The notes: generated from the letters alone by a model not told the origin. A stretch of 63,039 bases of DNA, filler included, from Octopus bimaculoides (GCF_001194135.2; 4 parts of 4 records of this genome joined end to end with filler, not necessarily neighbours in it); one strand, 5' to 3'. Shown: positions 25,426 through 37,428, numbered from the whole stretch's first letter. Program-made: numbers and translations.

Positions 25426-26517
25426 TGTATGTATGTGTAAGGCTGCAGGTGAGTTGGTATAGAAGATTTCCCTCAACCTGCAACATTATTAACTAACATA
25501 CAACTGGTTATGCAACATACAAAATATTACGGTCAGCTTCAACAGGCTAAGATGGAATGAATATTGAATATTATCTACTAATCTCCTGACAAAGATTAAA
25601 TAGAACATTGAATTTTTTCAAGTAAGCATGGGTAAAGTCTGATAGTATTAATTTTTCATTCAAAGCCAATAATTTATAACTGTTACTCTTAGTTTAGCAA
25701 AAAGGTTCCTGTTTCGAATATAATCTGAACTATGTCCACATCCAGAAATAAGACACCTGTTGACGATTGGAATGGAAAAAACGATAAAAGTTTCGTGCTC
25801 ACGAAGTTAATAATGCAAAAATATATAATTTACTAACAATTTATTTCAGACAGATATTAATAAAAAGTATGAACTTACATAAGCATTTACGCGTGGGACA
25901 TCGTTTGCTGTTGCATCCTTAAATTCTGGTACTTGATGCTTTATATTTTGTCCATGCGTCTCTGTCATTCCATCTTGATCAATATTGCCGTCCATCATAT
26001 TACCCTGCTCACCAAATTTGCTGTCCACATAATTTTTCTTGTTTTCTCTCACCTCTCTATTTTCGTTGACATCTTCAGCCTTTTCGTTTTCTTCTCTCTC
26101 ATTGCCTCTTTTCTTGTCTTTTGCGTTTTCACCACTGCTCACTTTTCTGTTTTCCTCTATCTTTTTATCACTGAGTTCTTTTCCTTCTTCGATCGCCATC
26201 TTTCTGAGATCTCTTTTACTCCGATGTCTTTCCGTTTCCACCTCTACCAGCTCTTCTTTTTCTACATTATATTCACCATTTTTGAATTTCTTTGAATTTC
26301 GATAATTGCTTAACTTGTCCTTATCGTCTTTTCCGTCGTTTTCTTGTCCCCACGCTAACTTCTGATTCACTACGATACCATCAAATTCTTCATCCGTACT
26401 GTCATTTCCAGATGTTTCTATAACTTTGGCAACATCAAACCGTTTGAAATTAACACCTTCTGCTGAATACATGTATAATAGCATCATTAAAATGCATCCC
26501 GTATCTACAAACCTCAT
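11820..26517 (-). CDS. Matrix metalloproteinase (M10A matrixin) gene, partial multi-exon model
   Basis: Four exons in the correct order, with AG/GT splice sites at the internal junctions. They encode a signal peptide, the cysteine switch PRCGVPD, KW..NISY, and AF..W...L.F......ADI.ISF...HGDSWPFDG. Exons 3, 4 and 5 join in frame. The orthologue cannot be assigned by eye. Confidence 0.92.
12366..12582 (+). mobile_element. Non-autonomous mariner element
   Basis: TA-CGAGGGGGTGCTGAAAGGTTTCTGGCTTT ... AAAGCCAGGAAAATTTTAGCACCGCCTCT-TA, with a residual C-terminal coding trace (..[12 protein letters not shown]). Confidence 0.75.
12900..13120 (-). mobile_element. SINE family A, decayed
   Basis: Contains gaaaggcaaatttgacctcggtaaaatttgatctccgaacg...ctgtcagctcgccgcctta. 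Confidence 0.65.
13709..14141. mobile_element. Tc1/mariner-type MITE
   Basis: About 120-bp inverted arms (cagaagataagaaacggagcaataattaacaatgagaag... / ...cttctcattgttaattattgctccatttcttatcttctctg) flanked by TA on both sides. Confidence 0.75.
14465..15022. mobile_element. Palindromic MITE with central telomere-like repeats and 8-bp TSD
   Basis: TIRs GGATCTTTTTAAAACGGGGCCACATTTTTCATTAA / TTAATGAAAAATGTGGCCCCCGTTTTAAAAAAGATCC. Direct repeat CTCTCACC at 14457-14464 and 15023-15030. Centre is a (TAACCC)n run followed by a (TAGGGT)n run. Confidence 0.85.
16270..17620 (-). mobile_element. Decayed CR1/L2-like LINE, 5' part (ORF1 remnant plus APE endonuclease start)
   Basis: Frameshifted motifs [28 protein letters not shown] and LLNGD match APE endonuclease. 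Upstream [25 protein letters not shown] resembles an eroded CCCH finger. Confidence 0.6.
17891..18018 (-). mobile_element. Mariner 3' end remnant
   Basis: Encodes [17 protein letters not shown]; TIR TTGGGTTGGCAAG preceded by TA. Confidence 0.75.
18110..18590. mobile_element. Interspersed repeat family D (SINE-like)
   Basis: aataccacagatttgcttgtc..ttgaccttaaccagttgagcatgtcccttgg..gctgacgatatgtgcatctctgatc is shared with 21455-21840 and, reverse-complemented, with 43190-43370. Confidence 0.7.
18676..19850 (+). mobile_element. R4/Dong-clade non-LTR retrotransposon reverse transcriptase fragment
   Basis: [42 protein letters not shown] and, after the gap, LKFGLEKCA and KYLGV. The YxDD motif should fall in the N gap. 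Confidence 0.9.
20658..20736 (-). CDS. MMP exon, start of catalytic domain
   Basis: Acceptor gatttatgcag; encodes (H)[25 protein letters not shown](R); donor GTAATA. Phase 1 start and phase 2 end fit both neighbouring exons. Confidence 0.9.
21050..21450 (+). mobile_element. R4/Dong 3' end (restriction-like endonuclease C-terminus, 3' UTR, (TAA)n tail)
   Basis: Encodes [28 protein letters not shown]...[15 protein letters not shown], followed by a 3' UTR and a TAA array. Confidence 0.8.
21455..21840. mobile_element. Interspersed repeat family D copy
   Basis: Collinear with 18220-18520. Confidence 0.7.
22269..22402 (-). CDS. MMP prodomain exon with cysteine switch
   Basis: Acceptor tttttgatag; encodes [44 protein letters not shown]; donor GTAAGT. 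Starts in phase 2, ends in phase 1. Confidence 0.96.
24192..24474. mobile_element. Tc1/mariner-type MITE
   Basis: TA-CAGGGCGTCAAAAAAACGTGAACAAAATGAGAAACGAAAAC... / ...GTTTTCGTTTCTCATTTTGTTCACGTTTTTTGATATCCTG-TA; arms ~90 bp. Confidence 0.8.
25879..26517 (-). CDS. MMP exon 1: signal peptide plus long acidic/basic extension (213 codons)
   Basis: Open 639-nt frame starting [21 protein letters not shown] (hydrophobic leader) and ending ...VPRVNAY, followed by a GTAAGT donor (phase 0). Linking it to the MMP is an inference from strand, position ~3.5 kb upstream of the switch exon and the signal peptide. Confidence 0.78.
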
Positions 26518-29500
26518 AGTTATTAATGAAGTATTAACGAGTTCTTTCGTTTATATATATATGTATATATATATATATATGTATAAGATTGTGGAGGTAC
26601 GAGTGTATATGCGCGTTTATTTTCTTTCTGCAATGTCACAATAAGTCTTATTTACTGATATTGTTAATATTGTCTTATGGATAATTCCTTGTTCACATCT
26701 GCTTTCACCTGTATTAAACTGGCTTATACAACCAGCTTCTCTCAAATTTATATATATGTATGTGTGGGTGTATAGATAAATAAATAAACAAATAATCGTA
26801 TGTATGTATAGGTGTAGGGGGCGGAAATGTATATGTACTGACTGTTTTTCTTCGTGTGTGTAGACGGTTCTATTTTTTTACTGGATTCCTATTTGTAACT
26901 GCTGCTCCATTTATTATATATAAAAAAAAGCACAATATTTGTTTTAATGTTTCTTTTGACAAAAGAGAAACTTGTTACCAAATTCTAATTTCTTTTATGT
27001 TCAATGGAGCGTTCTGTTTACGTAACAGTAGAGTTGTCTTCAAAATACCATCTGAACATTCTAATCTACACTACTTCTATTGTTTGCTTGATGACGTTCA
27101 GACGGAGTCAAGCAAATTAATTTATTCACTTATACGAGTATACATACGTTCGGTTATAAGTACAACCCACCTCACAGATATGTGTTTACGTGTATAAATG
27201 TATGTATATGTGTGTGCGTGCGCACCTATAAACGTATGTATATGTATGCATGTATGTACATTTTAACAGACGTTGCAGTTTCTTGAATCATCACTCTAGG
27301 TCTCGCGCTTCCGATTATTCAGACGATTTAATCAGAGAAGCCACATGAGAGATGCTAGCGAAAATGTTTCCTAGTGCTTCGAAATACAATCAGTAAACAC
27401 GATTGGCTGACAAAAAAACGTAAGAAAATTCTTCGTAAATTCATTTCTATTTGTAGAACCCATAATATTTTCATCTATTTTCTTCTTAAAATACCTGAGC
27501 TTTTATAACTTTCGTACTAAATGCATACACACTCATGAGAGAAAACACATTACTTGAAAAAGTTTTAATGTTGATAAATAATAGAATATAAATTCATTTT
27601 AAATAAGTAATCATCTTTCAGAAAATGTTAAGTCTATTTTATAGAAAATAAAATATTTTTGGGGCCAGTTGAATATAAAGTATATTCTGCGACCATACAT
27701 CAAACGATTCGCATATTCTACTATATTGACATTTACATACATTCGTACGTACACACACACACGCACACACACACACACATATAGGAGGCACGGTGATAGT
27801 TGAGTACTGATACTTCTATGCGCACCAATTGCTGTTACTATCACATCTACATTGACCACAATGGTGGTGGTGGTGGTGGTGGTAGCGGCGGTGGTGATGA
27901 CTGGATAGTGGAAAGTGTATTTTCTAAAATTGAACTAAGTTTTTTTTATATCTCCTCTCACTTAACGCATGCCATAAGTGCAATTCCACGAAATATTCAA
28001 GCTTATTTACGCGGCAGATAAATGCAATTTTACTAAAGGTTATATCATATGTACGACGATTTTTTAGAAGTTTGTTGATGGGGAAATGGAAAAAATAAGA
28101 GTGAATATTTATTGTGTGAGTGCTGTGTATTAAATCTATAAAACTGTGCATAAAGTATATAAAGTGTATATATAAAGTGCATTAAGTAATCATCGTATTG
28201 CCAATTTCTTTCACTTTTCAAAGAGTAGCAGGTGAGCGAATATCTTTCCATTGAAGCAAATCATTTCATTAGGGCGGCGGATTGACAGAATCGTTAGACG
28301 GAGCGGCCAAATGCTAAACGGCATTTCCTTTTTTTTTTTACGTTCAGGGTTCAAATTCCACGAACAGTTTGGTTGATGCAATCAACTTGGTACCTTCCCC
28401 GAAATTACTCATCTTGTGCCAAAGTTTGAAATCATCATCATCATCATGATCATCATCGTCATTATTATTAATATTTCAGACATCTTGATTGAGCTCCATG
28501 TGACTTAAAGTCTTGCAGGCTTCTCGGGAAAACGTAGTTCATTCAGGGTCATATAATTGAATGGAGAAATGAAAGAAATCCAAGGTGGCTACTAGATGGC
28601 TAATCTGGTAACTGGAAAATGGGCTACTACTAGTCGTCAAAGCGGGTCATTTGTTGTTAGAAGTGAGACCGACATATACAGCGACACCAGATGCTTTAGA
28701 AAGAATTTCTTGTGGATGTGTGTGTGTGCGTGCGCGCTTGTGCGCGCACTGTTCACTGAAAAAACTTCGTCCTGCGTCACTTTCGTGAAGCTTTGTCAGT
28801 GAATAGGTCTCAGTTTCAAAGCGCGGAAAATATTTTGACACAAATTAAGTTTTAATGTTGAAGTGAAACCAACGCTATTTGTGTGTTCTTCAATGGTTTA
28901 CAAATATCTTCCATGCTGCAATTGTTTTTATTTCAGCACGCGATCTCAGATCAAGTCACTTGCTATGCAAGTACACCTCCGTAATTTTTTAAAATCACTG
29001 TGGATAAATGCCAGCAATGACCTTCTCAGGTTCTCCAATATTATAATTTCAAAACAGAAATAATCGGGGGCAGGTAGTGGGATTGCAAGAAATTCATAAT
29101 TTCTCAAATTATCTTTTTTATACCACATAAATGTATTTATGGGGAATAAACATTGAGAAACATTAATACATGCAAGAGTGATAAATAAACAAGGAGGGTT
29201 GTCTTTGGATGTGTTAGAAACAACAGCAAGACCGCCCTTAAATCACGCTTCCCTCTGAAAATATTAACATTCTTTCGACCAAATTCTCTTCCCATGGTTT
29301 TGAAGTGCAAAAAAAAATTGGCCAAAACAGGTCCGGAGTGGAATGATGAGGGAGGCGGGTGTAAAAGAAAAGAGTTTTGAAAACTTCTTTCATACAAAGA
29401 TGCTCCCTCCAACCCCATTATTTCGAAGGCTGTAATTTAAAAGAAATGGGGAAAATCCCCGAAAAAGTTTCCCCCACAAATATCTTTATAATCATAATCT

Positions 29501-29834
29501 ATATCGTTTGAAAGAGATTTGTATAAATTTTCATTAAAAGATACTCGTCTTCCTGAAAGTTATGAGAGAAAAAAGTCAGATCGTGTGAATTTTCTAAAAG
29601 TCCCCTCTCCAACCTCTCGCAAAAACTTTTTCCCATAAATCTCTATATATTCTGAAGCTACAACATCTAAGCGGACTTTGTGAAAATCTTTGTTAAAAAC
29701 TATCTATTTTTCTGGTAGTTATGAGGCAACAAAGACGGGTGTGTATACATCTGTAGTAATGCCCTTTTATTCATACGATTTTTTTTCATTTCATGCTTAT
29801 TCCATTCATTCTTTGCAATTTTCTCTCTCCCCCT

Positions 29835-29907
<73 letters not shown>

Positions 29908-30172
29908 GCAAAGCTGATAGAAGGGATGCTGAATTGAAATCTCTATGTAGCTTTGAGGGGAAGGTAAAACTTGACAAAGTACTTCCCCTTCTGTTGTTGG
30001 ACTATCGTGATGTTTGTTTAAAGAAGAAAGATTATGACTATGATAAAATGATGAAAGCAATATTTACTAAGCAAGTGAGCACTATTATACAAAGAAATAA
30101 TTAGACGTAAAATATAAGAATTATTAGAAATGGAAATCAAATGTGAAAATATTATCAAGGGGCTAGCAGAAA

Positions 30173-30201
30173 ACCGCCCGTGGGGCGGTCTTTTTTCTAG
30201 T
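30173..30201 (+). mobile_element. Helitron-like 3' terminus
   Basis: GC-rich hairpin ACCGCCC-GTG-GGGCGGT lies 7 nt upstream of CTAG, which is followed by T. The 5' TC end was not identified. Confidence 0.45.
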
Positions 30202-32726
30202 ATTATTAATACAATATAATATAAAATATATGTATCAAATATTAACGGAAACAAAAATATGTTTGGAGGTAGAAATATCAGGTGCAAACACTCCTGCACA
30301 GAGTTTTGGTATTCAATAATCAATTAATACTATTTGAGCGTTCGGATTATACCCACCTAACAAGGTACCTCAATTTCAGTAGCTAATTGAACGGAATTCG
30401 TCAACAATATATATAGACATATGCGCGCGCGTGTGTGTGTGTGTGTGTGTGTGTAATTAATTATATTTCTTTTTTTTTTCATTTGTTGGAATAAAGTTTC
30501 CTTATTAGTAATTTCACTTTTACTGATGAATATTATTTTAGAAATAAGAGAGAAAAGTCAATAGGATTTAGTGGAGACGGATAGCCGTAAGAAGGAACCT
30601 AAACTGGAATGTGGAGAAATTATATAAATACATCTACGGCTATGATGAAAGCGCTTCATCACGGATGCAGACGAATCGAAACAAGAACTACATGATTAAG
30701 AAGCAAACGTTTCAATCACTCGGCCTTAAGGATACTAGCGCATGATTACGTGTGTGGGCTTGGGTTGTCACGCTGTTACCCTTTCCTCTGTTTTACGTTA
30801 TTTTACACTAGCAAGGGTGCAACATGTACTTTTAAATATCTACTTAAAACACACGACTTGGTCTATTATGAAGTATCAAGGCATAAGTTAATTGACAGAT
30901 TGAATATCGTCACGTACACTTGATAGATTATGTTCTTTGTATATACGGGCGCCGTAATAGTTGTTTGATAAAGACGCTCACTTTGGAACCTTATGATTCC
31001 GGATTCCACCAGAAGGGAGTGGGGATTATTGGAAAGTGTCTTTATCATAAACACTGCTTGGATAATACTTTGTGAGCGGCATTTGAGAGTCCAGAAACTC
31101 TGAAATACTGTTGAATAGATAATGTTTGCTTATTTTTTGTTTTTTCTTTTTGTTTTCCTTTTTGAGAAATTGCCAAGTTTTACCTTTAAATGATGAACTG
31201 TATGTTCTCTTCTGTTTTCTACTAGTTGAAACCTTCTTAGAAAGGAACTGGTTTCTAAGAAATGTACTAATCTCCATTGTTGGAGTGTGGATAACAAAAT
31301 CAAATTCACATTTTAAACATGAGTATTTTTACTGTTCCACTTACAGAATGTAATTATAATGTGCGAATCGCTTGATTTCTTTTTCTGAAAATCTTAGCTT
31401 ATCCAGGCATTTACTCACAAAATGAAGAGCACTAATTATTTTTAGTAAAAATGATCATTCCTAAACTTGGCACACAAGCTAAAGGTTTCGAGCAGTTATC
31501 TCTTTGATTTTCACATCAGCAGGACAACTCTAAGATGGTAGATAGATTTTTTTTCTTGTTTTTCCTAAGCAACAATATCTGGCTTGTTTTGTTTACACTT
31601 GACAGTAATTTTGATGGCCATGTTCTACCAATATTCCTTCTGCTTGTGTATGTATTCAATAAAAGGGAGATTCTCAATATTTACTTCAGGACAGTCTCTT
31701 TTTCCTTTCTTTTTTTTTNNNNNNNNNNNNNNNNNNNNNNNNNNNNNNNNNNNNNNNNNNNNNNNNNNNNNNNNNNNNNNNNNNNNNNNNNNNNNNNNNN
31801 NNNNNNNNNNNNNNNNNNNNNNNNNNNNNNNNNNNNNNNNNNNNNNNNNNNNNNNNNNNNNNNNNNNNNNNNNNNNNNNNNNNNNNNNNNNNNNNNNNNN
31901 GGTGAAATTAAACAGGTTCTTGTGCCAAATGCAGTCCTCAGCAACCATGAGTGGGGAATTGAATCTAATAATCCTATAATTAAACCATACTATCGCAAGG
32001 TTTCTACGGTGTTTCTCGGACAGTACAGTATTGTTTATCAATAACTGTTCGGCACATCCCTGTATTCCCTTCTTTTCATCTACCAGCTAGTCAGTCAATA
32101 TGTTATTGACCTACCATTGAACTTGGAGGAATTGGTTAAAGCAATTTGTGTACAGGCGCTACGATAAATTATTGCTTTATTAATGTTTTAACCAGCATAA
32201 GGACTTTATAGCTCTTCAATAATACTTCATGGTTCTTAAATTAAAATTAATTCCATCAGCTATTTAGGTAAGAATTACCTGACGTACATTTATACTTTTA
32301 TCACTATGAAATTTATTGTCCATCAGATTGTAGCAGTCAACAGATTTTGTCTGTCCAGGGATTCAGGTGTCAATTACCACAGTATTCTTCGTGATACATA
32401 CACATACACGCAAAAACACAGAAAGATATAGAAGACACATACACTTAAATGTTTTCAATGTCGCATATGTTACGTCTTAGTAAACAAATAAAAGAATAAA
32501 ATAAATCAATTTATATTCGGACAATCTTACATGCACGCACAAATTAAAAATTATTCTTCATTCTAGCATTCATTGTAATTGACAACATCATATCTTCGAA
32601 CATAGAATTGTATATTCAAATAAATCAATGTAGATTCAGTGATTCAACAGCGAATTTATTTATTAACAATACCAAAATATAAAAATTTGTATTTGTTCCA
32701 CGTAAACTCCTTCCAATTTTGATATT

Positions 32727-32773
<47 letters not shown>

Positions 32774-32809
32774 AGACGGATTTTAGATGGTAGTATATAT
32801 GTGTGTGTG

Positions 32810-33160
32810 GGAGTCTAACTCGACTCTGTCGGTCACGAATGACCATGGGTGCACCTAAGAGTCCGGGCAGAAAGTCGCCTCACCGGCAAACGTACAACCT
32901 ACGGTTGTTTTTATGGAAGACCAGCAGTTGCTCATGCATACCCTCTCTCCACTACTGATGTTATCCAAGGGAAAGGCAAAGGGGCCGATACAGCTTGGCA
33001 CCTGTGACGTCGCAACTCATTTCTTCAGCTGAGTGAACTGGAATAACATGAAATAAAGTGTCTTGCTCAAGAACACAACACAGCCTAATCCGGGAATGGA
33101 ACTCACACCCTCATGATCGTAAGCTCGATGCTCTAACCACTGAGCCATGTGTCTTCACTG
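32810..33160 (-). mobile_element. SINE family B with a distinct tail
   Basis: Same head and core as 4895-5210, with an unrelated 3' tail. Confidence 0.7.
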
Positions 33161-33297
33161 TATACATACATACATACATACATACATACATACATACTTA
33201 TATACATACATATATACATGCATGAATGCATACATACATACATATATACATACNNNNNNNNNNNNNNNNNNNNNNNNNNNNNNNNNNNNNNNNNNNN

Positions 33298-33309
33298 TTA
33301 ATTAATTAA
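33298..33309. other. Artificial six-frame stop linker in gap
   Basis: N44-TTAATTAATTAA-N44. Confidence 0.85.
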
Positions 33310-33353
33310 NNNNNNNNNNNNNNNNNNNNNNNNNNNNNNNNNNNNNNNNNNNN

Positions 33354-33396
<43 letters not shown>

Positions 33397-35131
33397 GTTT
33401 TTTTTGTGTCAATTTCTTCTGAAGAGAAGAGTGGAAAATTAACATTTTTATGTCATGTCACACGCCGACAGCTTTATTGTGAAGAGATAGAATATGAGTG
33501 TTTATAGTGGCTTTGTAGTTGTTTTGACTGCTACTTCTAGACATGTAAGGGTTTTTACAACCCTCTCCGTTATAGTTGTAATTTATTCATAATTATACAC
33601 ACTTCTTTTATGAAATCTATGATTGCATGTTTTGGCCATTGAAATATTCATAAATAATTATAAATTGTTCATGATATATCCTTCGTAATGTATTTTTACA
33701 TTCCTTTTTAATTATACATACATACATACATTCATACATATATATACATATACACACATACATACATACATACATAAATATATATTTATATATATATATA
33801 TATGTGTGTATGTGTTTATACAAGATCNNNNNNNNNNNNNNNNNNNNNNNNNNNNNNNNNNNNNNNNNNNNNNNNNNNNNNNNNNNNNNNNNNNNNNNNN
33901 NNNNNNNNNNNNNNNNNNNNNNNNNNNNNNNNNNNNNNNNNNNNNNNNNNNNNNNNNNNNNNNNNNNNNNNNNNNNNNNNNNNNNNNNNNNNNNNNNNNN
34001 NNNNNNNNNNNNNNNNNNNNNNNNNNNNNNNNNNNNNNNNNNNNNNNNNNNNNNNNNNNNNNNNNNNNNNNNNNNNNNNNNNNNNNNNNNNNNNNNNNNN
34101 NNNNNNNNNNNNNNNNNNNNNNNNNNNNNNNNNNNNNNNNNNNNNNNNNNNNNNNNNNNNNNNNNNNNNNNNNNNNNNNNNNNNNNNNNNNNNNNNNNNN
34201 NNNNNNNNNNNNNNNNNNNNNNNNNNNNNNNNNNNNNNNNNNNNNNNNNNNNNNNNNNNNNNNNNNNNNNNNNNNNNNNNNNNNNNNNNNNNNNNNNNNN
34301 NNNNNNNNNNNNNNNNNNNNNNNNNNNNNNNNNNNNNNNNNNNNNNNNNNNNATATATATATATATATATATATACGCTAGCAGAGTAGATGCACCCAAT
34401 TATATGAATCCCAATAATTGATTGCTGCGTTATTTTCTGAAAGATGAATGGTAAAGTCGATGTTGACAGGACTTGAGCTCAGAATGTAGAATGATGTGAC
34501 TAAAAACCGTAAAGCTGTAGAGTGCTTTGTCTGTCGCTCCTCTGATCCTGTCACAGCAAGAAGCATTGATTAAGCGTTGGCTTAATCACAAGTATTCAAT
34601 TAAGGACATGTCTGTCGGATAAAATCCCATTACTTAACTGGTATTTACTTTATACTGGAGGGATGACAGGCAAAGTTAACGGCGACAGGATATGGATGCA
34701 GAATGTAAAGAAACGTATTTAAATACGACGTAGCTTCTTATCCGACGTTCCGATGACTATAAGGCTTTCTATTTCCACTCATATTCTCAGATGACTTGTT
34801 GCTTATTTACAGAAAACTGTGCATTGAAGCAATGTAGAATTATGCGTTCATTCTAAATAAATAATGAAAGGTTGCAATGGATTTGAACTCAAAATCTATG
34901 AAATGATGCTCAAATATTTTAGCCACTCAATCATATCATTTTCTAGTTAGCATTGTACCTGTTTAACTCAGGTGAATATTGCAACTTCTATGTCAAAAAC
35001 AGCGATAAAACTGTTATAATCCAATTACAAATAAAAGAATGTGAAATAGACAAAGTGACTGAAAGAGAGAGAGAGAGAAGAGAAAGAGAGAAAGAGAAGA
35101 GAGAGGGAGAAAGAGAGAAAGAAAGGGAAAC

Positions 35132-35183
<52 letters not shown>

Positions 35184-35531
35184 GACAAAGATGTGTTTAC
35201 CATTGTTTTTCCTTCTTTTATTGGTTATTCCGATTTTCCTCTGTAACTCTCTCAGATTTTAGTTTGATTGTTGATTCGTGATTAAACAACTGGAAGAGTA
35301 ATATAATTTTCACTGAAATGGGTTTTAGAAATCGATAAGACATTCAAACAATATTTATGGAATATTGAAAATTGAAATTAGAGTTTAAATGTCCAATGAT
35401 TTAAAATAAACTGCACACAGAGAGTTGATAACTAATTCACTGACGGAAGTAAAATAGAAGAGCATCAATAATTCGTTCGAAAAAGCTATCACGAACAATT
35501 TTAGAAGCAATCAGCTAGAAATGTCTTTAAA

Positions 35532-36056
35532 TATTGTGCTGAGTCAAAAGTTTTGCAATGTTTTGGTAACTTATTTGCTTTATTCATCAAGTTACAACGA
35601 AAACAGCCTAACATTCATAGTAGTGGCCATCATGTTGCACTGTCTGAAGCCACTTTTCTGCCAGTCCTTTGACTTCACGCTAATACCAATTCTTGTCCTT
35701 CGAGGCGAAGAACTCCTTCGCTCTTTGGCGTCAGGTTTTGGAAGCTTATGCATGTTAGGATTATGGGAAAATATCTTCCTCGGATTATTACTTATTCTAA
35801 TCCATAGCTTACTTCCTGCGCTCACGACGCTTCGTCAACCAAGAGGTGGTGGAAAATTCAGTGAAGGAGTTCTTCGCCTCAATGGACAAGAACTGGTATC
35901 AACGTGGGATGAAAGAACTTGCAGAAAGGTGACCTCAGACGGTGCAACACAGTGGCCTCTAGTTTGAATGCTAGGATGCTGTTGTAACTTCACAAATAAA
36001 GCGAATGAGCTACCCAAACATTGCAAAATTTACCAAAAAGATTGTAAAACAAAATA
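35532..36056. mobile_element. Two mariner 3' ends in inverted orientation
   Basis: Plus strand encodes SDYYLF*SIAYFLRSRRF...KEFFASMDKNWYQRGMKELAER*. Minus strand encodes KEFFASKDKNWY*REVKGLAEKWLQTVQHDGHYYEC*. Each runs out to a TIR-like end. Confidence 0.8.
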
Positions 36057-36937
36057 TTTGAAGATATTTCTTAATAATTACTTCTAAAATTATTCGTGAT
36101 AGCCACAAATCTCCACAAATAAATAATACTCAGACAACACTTGACTCCATTCTTAAATTTTCAACAAACAATAATAAACTAATATTGTTGTGTTGTGAGC
36201 AAAGAGGTTTTTTCACTTCTTGTTTCAAGACAGAAAGCTCTCTGGTGGACAGTGCACCACATGCCTGCCCTCTGCCACTAATCCTATAAAACTCACTCCT
36301 TCTAAATATATTGGATCTGACATGCACAGCATGTTCTCTGCGGTGAGCATAATCTCCGCTACTATCCTTAGCTTTAACTAATTTTAACAAGATTTTCGCT
36401 TTTATTACTTCATCATATTCCACCAATATTTTATATACTAGCAGGACCCATGAATATTTCACGGAATTAATGGTAAACCTATTGGCTTGTTTCTGAAAAC
36501 TTTATTCAAAAACCCTGAAAGCGTAGCCTATATTGTTTCTGTATGGAAAGATAGTCGCTCATCTGCTAATCATTGAAAAGGGAAAGAAATTGGAATACGA
36601 TGATTACTTAATGCACTTTATATATACACTTTATATACATTATGCACAATTTTATAAACTTAATACACAGCATTCATAAAATACATTTTTACTCATATTT
36701 TTCTAGTTTTTCCATAAACAAACAAAAAATCTCCCGTACATATGATACGACCTTTGGTTAAATTGCATATATCTACCACGTAAATAAGCGTGAATATTTC
36801 ACGGAATTTCACTTATGCGCATGCGTTAAGTGATATAAAAAATTTAATACAGTTTTATATTTAACAGATGAGGAATTATGTACATTATTTACATCATTTA
36901 CATTTGACGGATATTTGTCTTTATCTTGTTTGTTGTT

Positions 36938-36983
36938 AACACAACGTTTCGGCTGATATTCCCTCCAGCCTTCATCAGGTGTC
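36938..36983 (-). ncRNA. Minimal type I hammerhead ribozyme motif (Penelope-type)
   Basis: GACAC-CTGATGA-A-GGCTG-(10-nt loop)-CAGCC-GAAA-CG-TT-GTGTT: stem I and stem II pair, stem III is palindromic (ACGT), and the cleavage triplet is GUU. Activity is untested. Confidence 0.65.
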
Positions 36984-37340
36984 TTGGGGAAATGTAAATA
37001 ATGTAAATAAAAAATTTAGCTGAATTTTTTAAATATATATACTTTTCGCTATCCAATCACCACCACCACCTTTTCATTAATGCATCTACACCTCATTGTA
37101 TGTTTGGATTTTTCTGCTTTTGACAGTTGGAGCAATTTGGTTCCTGTTAAACAGTTTTTGTGCTTCAGTCTGAATTATATTTTTTGTCTTCCAAAGACGG
37201 CTCACTTCACGTCTTTCTGGAAGCTGCGAAAGGCATTGCTGCATTTGTGTTTGATGGAATTTCAATGGTTATGGGAGTGCCAATTCATATCTAGGACCCA
37301 CTTTTTCGAACTAGATCCAGCGAATGAAAGAAGCTTTCTT

Positions 37341-37428
<88 letters not shown>

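Noticed and set aside
29900-30104. Open frame with a GTGAGC donor-like site
   Set aside because: No recognisable domain or partner exons.
36130-36462. 110-aa ORF, possibly a Helitron helicase remnant
   Set aside because: Motif similarity is too weak to support by eye.
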